Shown here: positions 18,078 through 25,174 of the stretch, piece after piece
Numbering within the stretch: position 1 is the stretch's first letter
How the letters are laid out: each line of letters begins with the position of its first letter
DNA from: a virus
Lineage: Duplodnaviria; Caudoviricetes
Virus record (IMG/VR): IMGVR_UViG_3300028585_000062
Location: 1-25,174 of that record
Reading direction: 5' to 3' (one strand)
Length of the DNA: 25,174 bases
Notes under the pieces: model-generated
What the model was told of the DNA's origin: nothing
What the model saw: the letters and a program-made list of their open reading frames with translations, nothing else
Databases searched by the model: none
Position numbers and translations under genes: made by a program

Positions 18078-19808
18078 TTAGAAACCTCGTTTCAGCTTGC
18101 CAGCGGTCGGAAAATCTTTCTCAAACTCGCTGATTGATGCGGCATCCTGAGCCAGTGGAGCAGGACGTGAATTTTCTTTCTGCTGGATAGCCATGCGCAC
18201 CAGTGAAGGGAAAGCCGATGGATGCACGTCGTTGATATCCACCTCAGCCTGCTCAAGCGCAGTGCGATAGACGTCTTCAGCGGAGTCCATAGCAACCACA
18301 TCGCCAATCAGCGGACGCACAGCCTGCTCAGCTTCACGCACGCGGCGGAAGTTTTCAGCGGCGGTCTTGGTAGCGCTGTCAGCGGCCAGACGAATAGCGG
18401 AGTCCATGGCGGTCTTGGACACCTTGTCTTTTTCGTCTTTCTTGTCGTCTTCTTTGTCTTCATCTTCAGCGACGGCAGGTGACAGAGCAGCAGCGATTTT
18501 GGCAATCACTTCTTCGGACACGCCAGCTTCGCGCAGCAGAGAGATGATCGTCTCATTGTCGTCATCGCCAGCCACTTTAGGCTCTTCATCCGGCTCAATG
18601 CCTTCGGCTGATGCTTCGATGATTTCAACCAGCTCTTCCGGCTCCAGCTCCATGTCGGCAGCCAGTTTGGTTTTGTATTTGGCGATAATGGCCTGTGCGA
18701 TCGTCTTTGGTGATTTGTTCGCATTCAGGATGGCGGTGAGGTCTTTGGGTGCAGCATCCTGAGCCAGGCGCGGCTTCAGAAACGCTCCCAGCGCGGCACG
18801 TGCGGCAACGCCTTTGCGGTCTAACTTCATGTATTTAAGCTCCAGTGGGAGTGAATCAGCGACCAGTACGTCGCTACCTGCGCGGCCGGTTTCGACCAGT
18901 GCAACGTGGTTCCCGACGATGTCACGCATGACGCCGTCAAATGCTTCGCCGTCTGGTGTCTCGCCGGGACTCATGTCAGCGACGTACTGATACGACGATG
19001 ACAGTTCTTTCTGCTCTTCAGTCTCGATACCCGCGATGGCTGAGTTATCCCAGACGGAAAGGCCGTTGCAGAGATAGGTGCCATCGAAATCACAGCCAGA
19101 GTGAGTCGTACCTACGCGATATTCGCGAGGCGGGTCACCGGGGAAGTCAGGGGTATGGATGCAGAGAACAGGAATATTGTTGAATGTTGGTGCGGCTTTC
19201 TTCAGTTCGTCAGGGTGGCGATACAGCCGGTAAATCTTATCGGGCTCTAAACCCAGCCCCTCAGCATTCGGAATCTCGCGCCCGTAGTAGGGGCAGACAT
19301 TCGCCTTGCTGATGTTGCTCCTGGTTATCTGAAGCCTGCCGTTACCATCGAATGAACGTACCGATTCGCGGTCAAACGCGAGGATTTCTGTAGCCTTATC
19401 TGTTTCTGGCTTACTGTCGCCAGCCAACTTATCTGGCTTGACGTTCTGGTACATTTTGCTTATCTCTCTTACTGCCGATGGGTTGCCGCTCAGTAATTTC
19501 TTCATGGTAGAGCGTGCTTCAGGGCTGCTTTCAGCATCTTTGAATAATTGCCTGACCTGGGCGTTCTGTTTTGCCTTGTAGCTTTCAGTGGGAGGCTGTG
19601 CCAATTCTTTCTGCCAGTTTCGATAGGCAGAGCTTTGCCTCTCCCCCAACTTCATTTTCTTTACGTGGTCAGGAACGCTTTGTGGCTCGCTCTTGCCTTC
19701 AGTCCGACTAGGTAATTTTCCGCCAGCACCTGCGACAGCGTTTCCATGCTCATCAACCCTAACCCGAGCACCGTTGATGGTTATCCACCTGCCTTTGCTT
19801 TCAGCCAA
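18078..19808 (-). CDS. DUF2213 prohead protease/scaffold with ~140-aa N-terminal extension
   Basis: NISKANV.PYYG.EIP, ELSSSY.Y and NHVALV..GRAG motifs; acidic scaffold C-terminus; TTG start with GGAGG RBS. Confidence 0.85.
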   Translation of the reverse strand: MAESKGRWITINGARVRVDEHGNAVAGAGGKLPSRTEGKSEPQSVPDHVKKMKLGERQSSAYRNWQKELAQPPTESYKAKQNAQVRQLFKDAESSPEARSTMKKLLSGNPSAVREISKMYQNVKPDKLAGDSKPETDKATEILAFDRESVRSFDGNGRLQITRSNISKANVCPYYGREIPNAEGLGLEPDKIYRLYRHPDELKKAAPTFNNIPVLCIHTPDFPGDPPREYRVGTTHSGCDFDGTYLCNGLSVWDNSAIAGIETEEQKELSSSYQYVADMSPGETPDGEAFDGVMRDIVGNHVALVETGRAGSDVLVADSLPLELKYMKLDRKGVAARAALGAFLKPRLAQDAAPKDLTAILNANKSPKTIAQAIIAKYKTKLAADMELEPEELVEIIEASAEGIEPDEEPKVAGDDDNETIISLLREAGVSEEVIAKIAAALSPAVAEDEDKEDDKKDEKDKVSKTAMDSAIRLAADSATKTAAENFRRVREAEQAVRPLIGDVVAMDSAEDVYRTALEQAEVDINDVHPSAFPSLVRMAIQQKENSRPAPLAQDAASISEFEKDFPTAGKLKRGF

Positions 19809-19835
19809 AATGGATTCCTCCCCGCTTATGGCAAT

Positions 19836-19859
19836 AAAAAAGGCCGCCTAAGCGACCTT
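19836..19859 (-). terminator. Rho-independent terminator between muF and the protease gene
   Basis: Minus strand AAGGTCGC-TTAG-GCGGCCTT-TTTT. Confidence 0.72.
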
Positions 19860-19876
19860 GTGTTTATTTCTATTAA

Positions 19877-20692
19877 TCAGAGCCCAGGAATTACCGGGGA
19901 CCATGTGCAGCGACAGTTAATCTCCTCACCCGGAAGAGTCCACTTGCCATCCAGATAAAGCCCTTTCGACAGGTCAAACTTCTCACCGTCAGCTTTCACA
20001 TGTGATTGCCGAGGCTCTTTACCTGCGTGAGAGTGTCGCCAGATACCCTCCGTGATGCCGAGTGACTGCTGTCTTGCCGTCTGCATAACTGCGGTGGCTT
20101 TGTTGTTCTGATCACGTGCGATGAGCGCTGCGCGGCGGCGGGTGATGCCATACCGCTTTTGCAGCTCATCAGTCAGAGTCGAAAGGTCGCGCCCGCGGCT
20201 GACAGACTGCATTACCAGCGTCTGTACCTGTGTAAGGTATTGCTCGGGGATGCTGGTAATCAGGTTCACATTTTCAGTGATGGTTGCCTGCAACGCATTA
20301 TTCATCGCTGGCGTCATCTTGAACGGGACCGTAAAACCGGCCGTTTCCAGGGCGTTATAGAGCGACACGTCAGAGTTCTTCTGTGTCTGCCCTGCGAACC
20401 GGTCAGCCAGCTTTGCAGCCACATCATCGAAACGCTTCTGCCATTGCCTGGCTAACTTCTTCATCGCGTCACGCATGAACACTGCGGGCGATGCGTCCAT
20501 TGCAATAGCGCCGGATGCCCGGTAGTTCGCTTTCAGCCAGTACACTACCGACTCGTTCATTTCTGTAATGAGTGAATCCAGCTTCTTTCGGTACCAGGCT
20601 TCGACACCGGCGTTAGGCCTTGTCGGGCGGATCGTCTTTACCGTCGCCTTCCTCGTCGTCATCGAGGTCTTCTTCTTCGATTTCGAGGTCAT
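19877..20692 (-). CDS. Minor head protein, MuF/SPP1 gp7 family (short form)
   Basis: RAALIARDQ..K, W.HS....PR.SH...DG and PGEEINCRC motifs; start may be 20692 or 20662. Confidence 0.9.
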   Translation of the reverse strand: MTSKSKKKTSMTTRKATVKTIRPTRPNAGVEAWYRKKLDSLITEMNESVVYWLKANYRASGAIAMDASPAVFMRDAMKKLARQWQKRFDDVAAKLADRFAGQTQKNSDVSLYNALETAGFTVPFKMTPAMNNALQATITENVNLITSIPEQYLTQVQTLVMQSVSRGRDLSTLTDELQKRYGITRRRAALIARDQNNKATAVMQTARQQSLGITEGIWRHSHAGKEPRQSHVKADGEKFDLSKGLYLDGKWTLPGEEINCRCTWSPVIPGL

Positions 20693-22142
20693 CGCTTAAG
20701 TCCAGTGAGTGATATGGGCTATCAGGGTCATCAGCAATCTTCTGTCTGATTTCCTGTCCAGATAGCGATTGCGTTTGGTTGACGTAAACCGCATCAGTCT
20801 GCGCATCTACCAGGCGGATATCTGCACGTTCTTTTGCGCTCATCTCGTACAGCGGTTCAAACTCGAAGTAAATCTCCGGGTCGATGTCGCCAAACTCTGA
20901 TAGCTGAATAACGTCCAGCACGCGCTTCAGAGGCTCTTTGAACATTGCCTGCTGCAGTGAGTGGATGTAGTCGTAGAAAACGCGAATCTCGCCGTCTGAT
21001 GAAGCATTTAGGCCATTCGGTGTAATGCCTAGCAACTTAACCAGAGGGATGCCGGACACTGCCGCCATATGCTCCTGTGACTGAGCCTGTAACGTGTCGA
21101 GGCCAGACAGTGGCGCATTGACGAATTCAACCGTCTCCGGGCTCGTTGTGTCGTTGTCTTTCGCAAAAGCACCACGGTTATCCCGACAGCGGTTAAACAG
21201 GTCGAGCCGGGCAAGCACTGAATCAGCGCCACCACCCTGCAGTACCGTGCTCATGTTCGTCCCGATGACCGGGATACTGAATGAGTGGATCATGTCACTT
21301 ACGCTGTCACGCGTGCGCAGCCAGTTGTTCACGTAGGGCTCTGCCATCTGTACAAGCGACAGCCCGCGGAAGTTGTAACTGGCCTTCAGCAGGTCCGGAA
21401 CCTGACGTGACACGAAGTCGATCATGCGGCTGGCGTGCACCGTCTTACCCATGACAAACCATTCTGTAGGCTTGTAGAAGTCAGGGCTTAACGGGTTCTG
21501 CGCGTTATAGACGCCGGGGTATGTCCATACAGGCTCAATCACCTGCAAGCCCTTCAGGCTGCCTTTGGGGATTTTCTTGTCGGAGATGAAAAGCTTCTGC
21601 TTGAGTTCATTATCATCCGTCCAGGCCGATACGTTTTTTGGTGACAGGACGTCGATATAAATCTGTCCGCCGCCAAAGTAACCATCGTGCTCAGCAGCTT
21701 CTCTGAACTTCTCACGAACGTGGAATCGCTCCAGTGCATCAGTAATAGCCTTCACGCGCTCTGACTTGTCGTCATCACCGACAGTGCGGAGCTTTATCCA
21801 CTTCCGCGTCATTTCCTCAGCAATGGTGCCTACCATCTTGCGGTATTCAGGCTTCTGCGCCATCGCCGCCAGGTAGGGGTAGCCGGGGAATGAATCCAGC
21901 GTGCCATAGCCCATGCCATACGCATCATTCAGCGCGCCGTAATCGGTGGAGTCCATCGCAAGGATGGCTCTCTCAACCGATGCAGGAATAACCCCTTTGG
22001 GTGGCTCGTATCGCTGGAATTCACGCTGAGGCTTAGGGTGTACTGAGGCGACAGCTTCGGGGTTAATCTTCATCTGAACCTTTTCAGGCTCTTTCACCGG
22101 CTCAGGCGCGGCGATTTCTTTTTTATTAAACCACCACATCAA
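20613..22142 (-). CDS. Portal protein (DUF1073-like)
   Basis: F.GYPYL, H.SR, GLS and IPLVKLLGITP.GLNAS motifs; follows terL. Confidence 0.88.
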   Translation of the reverse strand: MMWWFNKKEIAAPEPVKEPEKVQMKINPEAVASVHPKPQREFQRYEPPKGVIPASVERAILAMDSTDYGALNDAYGMGYGTLDSFPGYPYLAAMAQKPEYRKMVGTIAEEMTRKWIKLRTVGDDDKSERVKAITDALERFHVREKFREAAEHDGYFGGGQIYIDVLSPKNVSAWTDDNELKQKLFISDKKIPKGSLKGLQVIEPVWTYPGVYNAQNPLSPDFYKPTEWFVMGKTVHASRMIDFVSRQVPDLLKASYNFRGLSLVQMAEPYVNNWLRTRDSVSDMIHSFSIPVIGTNMSTVLQGGGADSVLARLDLFNRCRDNRGAFAKDNDTTSPETVEFVNAPLSGLDTLQAQSQEHMAAVSGIPLVKLLGITPNGLNASSDGEIRVFYDYIHSLQQAMFKEPLKRVLDVIQLSEFGDIDPEIYFEFEPLYEMSAKERADIRLVDAQTDAVYVNQTQSLSGQEIRQKIADDPDSPYHSLDLSDDLEIEEEDLDDDEEGDGKDDPPDKA

Positions 22143-23815
22143 ATTCTCCTGAGTTGATTCGGGTCGATAGCCATAGGTGCGCGACCTGAAATCAGGTTGT
22201 CGTCAATGGCATCCATCCATGTATCGAGAATGTCGTCATTGTCATGGCTGTCATCAGCAGAGAACGCCGCGCATTCAGTCATAGCCGTCAGCACCCATGA
22301 CGTTGTTCCAGCCACTGTGCCGTCTTCGTAATAGACGTGCATGATCGCCGCGCCATCATGGTTGTGCGTTGCAGGAACGTAGACCTTGCCGGTTTTAATC
22401 TGAGGGATAACGTTCAGGCACCGGACCAGTTTGTTCTGACCGGCACCGCGAGGGATTTCTTTAACCGGGATGCTCAACTGACCGGGAGTGGCGCTGCGCT
22501 TCTTCAGGGTGGTAATCAAACCCTGCCCGGCCTGCTTCTCTTCAATGGCCGCATAACGCATCGGCATTGTCCGCAATGATCCGGCAGCACTCCATTTCAC
22601 CCAGAGCTCTTCTGCCTTCTTCAGCAGGTCTTCAGGGTCCCAGCGACCACGTACAACGTCTATTATGTAGAGATTGCCATCAACACCCATGCCAACCAGA
22701 GTGAACACGGTGTAATCGAGCCAGTCTTCTACTTTGCCGCTGTTCGTATCGACGTACACGGCGCGGTACTGAAGTTTTGGCAGCGTGGTGTAGGTGTTGA
22801 ACCAGTCGGTATCAATAATGCCGCCAGTAAGCGCCATCGGGTTCTGCTGATACTGAGACAGGAAGGTGTAGCGGTCTTTCTCCCATAACTGCAGGAGGTC
22901 GTTCACATCTTCCATCTGAGGCCAGTAAGACCAGTATCTGGTGCCTGATACCTCAACAGAGTCGGTGTCTTTAACCGTCTCCCAGCACAGTGACCGCCAG
23001 GGCTCAGCAAGAGACTGAATGTATTTCTCATCAATCATTGCCGGGATGGCCACGTGATGGAAGTTGACACCCATCCCACCTGAAAGCATGAAGCCGGTTG
23101 CATCATCCGTATGGAGGCGCTGCTGAATGCTCACAAATGGTGTTGGGTGGTCTTTCGACTTATCACCACGGCGCGAACGTATGGTGTTAACCAGAAGCGT
23201 GTTGGCGCTGTTTCTGCGCGACTCGCTGAGCATATCGACCGGCTTGTTGTAGTCGTCGAGCATGACCATGCCGGAGAAGTCAGGCCCGTAGTACCCACCA
23301 CGACCACCGGTAATCTGTCCGTTACTGGAGCGCGATACCGTCTGGCCGGTTGAGCGACCGCGGGTATCGATGATTTCCCACTCTTCAGCCTGATTGACGC
23401 CGAAGCCACACGGCCATAGCTCCTGATACTCTTTGCTGGCGATGATGTCGCGGGTGCGGCGTGAGTTACGCTTAACCAGTGTGTCAGCAAATGAGATGTT
23501 CAGGTTACGAAATCGTTTAAGCCTGCCTTCCTGCACAAGGGCATTGACGTAGGCCGGAAAGTGGATGGAGAAAAACTCTGTCTTTGTGCCGCCAGGAGGG
23601 ATGTTGATGATCAGGTTGCGAGGCTGCAATCGACCGGCGATCAGGTCATCAATCTTTGAAGCCATCAGGCGGTGATGCCAGTTAACCAGCAGACGATCAC
23701 CCTGCACCATTTCAAACCATAGCCGGGTAAAGTTGAGAAACGATTTAGTCGATTTGGTCTTGATAGCGACACGCTCGGGGAATGACATATCATCCCATTC
23801 GATAACTTTTGTCAT
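22139..23815 (-). CDS. terL: Terminase large subunit
   Basis: NWHH, INIPPGGTKT (Walker A), MVMLDD (Walker B), QQRLH..D, QYQQNP and HDNDDILD nuclease motifs. Confidence 0.93.
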   Translation of the reverse strand: MTKVIEWDDMSFPERVAIKTKSTKSFLNFTRLWFEMVQGDRLLVNWHHRLMASKIDDLIAGRLQPRNLIINIPPGGTKTEFFSIHFPAYVNALVQEGRLKRFRNLNISFADTLVKRNSRRTRDIIASKEYQELWPCGFGVNQAEEWEIIDTRGRSTGQTVSRSSNGQITGGRGGYYGPDFSGMVMLDDYNKPVDMLSESRRNSANTLLVNTIRSRRGDKSKDHPTPFVSIQQRLHTDDATGFMLSGGMGVNFHHVAIPAMIDEKYIQSLAEPWRSLCWETVKDTDSVEVSGTRYWSYWPQMEDVNDLLQLWEKDRYTFLSQYQQNPMALTGGIIDTDWFNTYTTLPKLQYRAVYVDTNSGKVEDWLDYTVFTLVGMGVDGNLYIIDVVRGRWDPEDLLKKAEELWVKWSAAGSLRTMPMRYAAIEEKQAGQGLITTLKKRSATPGQLSIPVKEIPRGAGQNKLVRCLNVIPQIKTGKVYVPATHNHDGAAIMHVYYEDGTVAGTTSWVLTAMTECAAFSADDSHDNDDILDTWMDAIDDNLISGRAPMAIDPNQLRRI

Positions 23816-23816
23816 A

Positions 23817-24365
23817 TCAGTCCAGCCCGTCTAGTTTCTCCTCCAGCTGCGATTGTGCTGCTGCGTAATCTGCCGGGGTGTAGTTCACCACCTGCACCAT
23901 TCCTGATTGCTCAGTCTTCACGTTCTCTTTAAAGGCTTGCACTGTTACGTGCTTACCGAGGAGCTCAAGGTTCTTCACCTTGTCCGGCCATTTTATCTTT
24001 TTCAGGAAGCCTGGGTCATCGCCAGCCATCTCAGTGACGTCCATTCCCGACAGGGTTGTGCGCCATGTCTTCGGCCAGTCTTTAATTGGCTTGAGCTCGC
24101 CGTTAGCCAGGAGGATGTCTAGCACGTCCATTTGGTCGATTTCTACCAGGCGCTTGAGCACGTAAGCAGCGTCAATGCCAACCTCTTCATTCCTCTCAGC
24201 CTTCAGCTCAGAGATTCGGGATTGAACCATGACATTTGATAACAGACGGCTTGCCTGCTCTTGGGCGGTCTTTTCGCTGTACCCCGCCCGAATTGCCGCT
24301 TGCGTGGCGTTCAAATCGATGAGGTACTCGCGACAAAACATTTCTTGTTTGTCGGTGAGCGCCAT
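23817..24365 (-). CDS. terS: Terminase small subunit
   Basis: [31 protein letters not shown]; KNLELLGKH. Confidence 0.93.
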   Translation of the reverse strand: MALTDKQEMFCREYLIDLNATQAAIRAGYSEKTAQEQASRLLSNVMVQSRISELKAERNEEVGIDAAYVLKRLVEIDQMDVLDILLANGELKPIKDWPKTWRTTLSGMDVTEMAGDDPGFLKKIKWPDKVKNLELLGKHVTVQAFKENVKTEQSGMVQVVNYTPADYAAAQSQLEEKLDGLD

Positions 24366-24436
24366 GTATACCTCTTAAAAACTATATGAAGATGCTGAAG
24401 TTCCTAACCACAAACCAATAAATACGGGACCACAAC

Positions 24437-24889
24437 ATGAATAAATCTGTTTTAGTTATGAACTTTTTCAGAGAAATCGAAGATGAAGCTTACCCGCTCC
24501 AAACGAAAGCTGAGTTGCTTACTCAGTCGATAGTTGATTATGTGAACCTTGTTGGGCCACTAAAGAATAACGTCGAAGTAATAAAAGATGGCATTGGCCT
24601 GATCATATTCTTCAAGCCATTTGATTTAAAAATCTTTTGCAATGGTTCGTATAAGCTATTTGAAATTCAGGAAAACATCATGTCAAAGTGTTATCAATTG
24701 CACTTTTACTTGAAAGAACACGATAAAGACGTGTCCGTCTTAAAGGTTTTTATGACTAATGACAATTACATCGTTCTTGACGTAAGGGCGAGTGATTACA
24801 TTTGTGATACTCATAATGAAAATCAGGGAATGCGTGTCTTTAGTTTGCTTCTTAGCAATCTATATCAGGGTGGGTTAATCAACATCTAA
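24437..24889 (+). CDS. AT-rich hypothetical protein (moron)
   Basis: 150-aa ORF filling the Rz-terS gap on the opposite strand; markedly AT-rich. Confidence 0.72.
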   Translation: MNKSVLVMNFFREIEDEAYPLQTKAELLTQSIVDYVNLVGPLKNNVEVIKDGIGLIIFFKPFDLKIFCNGSYKLFEIQENIMSKCYQLHFYLKEHDKDVSVLKVFMTNDNYIVLDVRASDYICDTHNENQGMRVFSLLLSNLYQGGLINI

Positions 24890-24927
24890 AGGCCAAATTA
24901 CCGCCCGTTTAGGCGGGCTTACCAAAA

Positions 24928-25174
24928 TCATTTCACGCACAGCTCTCTGATGTACTGCTGCAATCCGGCTATTTGCTTTCCTGCGACTTCGATTCGCTCT
25001 CTGAGGGTAAAATAATCCCGTTGAGCGGCGTCAGTAAGTCGGGCGGTGGCTGCATCATCCATGCCGGGGGCGCCGGAGGTGGATTGTTTCTGACAGGTGG
25101 CGTTGAGCTGCAACCTGCGCTTGCCATTAGCAACATCATCATGCAGCTGATCGATAGTCGCTTTAGCATCGGCT
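24928..25174 (-). CDS. rz: i-spanin Rz (5'-truncated by the window edge)
   Basis: ...G.RRLQLNATC...ARLT..AQRDYFTLRERI...GLQQYIR..C, typical lambdoid Rz C-terminus. Confidence 0.9.
   Translation of the reverse strand, partial: ADAKATIDQLHDDVANGKRRLQLNATCQKQSTSGAPGMDDAATARLTDAAQRDYFTLRERIEVAGKQIAGLQQYIRELCVK
24969..25169 (-). CDS. rz1: o-spanin Rz1 lipoprotein embedded in Rz
   Basis: Lipobox SAGC; PPPAPPAWMMQPPPDLLTPLNGII closely matches lambda Rz1. Confidence 0.9.
   Translation of the reverse strand: MLKRLSISCMMMLLMASAGCSSTPPVRNNPPPAPPAWMMQPPPDLLTPLNGIILPSESESKSQESK

Larger units (their letters stand above)
1..25174. mobile_element. Temperate contractile-tailed phage/prophage (partial): att-int end plus head, tail and spanin modules
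   Basis: att core, integrase and a continuous terS-terL-portal-head-neck-sheath-tube-TMP-baseplate-fibre gene order; the element continues past the right edge. Confidence 0.97.

Noticed and set aside
3479-19958. Numerous short + strand ORFs over structural genes
   Set aside because: Antisense shadows of the minus-strand operon, with no RBS or motif support
19877-20692. MuF polymorphic toxin
   Set aside because: Protein ends just after the CRC motif; no C-terminal toxin extension or immunity gene
20613-22142. Anti-CBASS Acb1 label sometimes attached to this family
   Set aside because: Size, motifs and position after terL indicate a portal; I saw no added 2H-phosphoesterase domain
24386-24421. 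11-codon ORF MKMLKFLTTNQ upstream of the AT-rich moron
   Set aside because: No RBS and too short to support
1-25174. CRISPR array, IS elements, introns or inteins
   Set aside because: No regular repeat-spacer pattern, transposase or large in-frame insertion detected by eye

Overview
One end and the whole virion-morphogenesis half of a temperate myovirus of an enterobacterium (prophage or free phage genome). From the left: a 14-bp att core identical to the 3' end of the enterobacterial argW tRNA-Arg, but without the rest of the tRNA; an IntS/Sf6/HK620-type tyrosine integrase (+); a LexA-boxed two-gene operon (79-aa ORF plus a pre-processed UmuD'/HumD-like protein, -); a candidate small RNA; and an AT-rich FkbM-family methyltransferase moron (+). 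A long minus-strand late region follows, listed here in transcription order (right to left): Rz/Rz1 spanins (Rz cut by the window edge), terS, terL, portal, MuF, DUF2213 protease/scaffold, decoration protein, major capsid, neck genes, sheath, tube, tail chaperones with a -1 frameshift, tape measure with a muralytic-type domain, baseplate and tail fibre. Two more morons interrupt it: a secreted protein after the spike gene and an AT-rich ORF between Rz and terS. The most notable observations are a recurring hydrophobic-Ala-x-Asp motif shared by four head proteins, a ~140-aa WITING-containing passenger fused to the head protease, a receptor-modification candidate (FkbM) in the serotype-conversion slot, and a Spackle-like periplasmic candidate. 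Family names come from remembered motifs and synteny; no searches were run.
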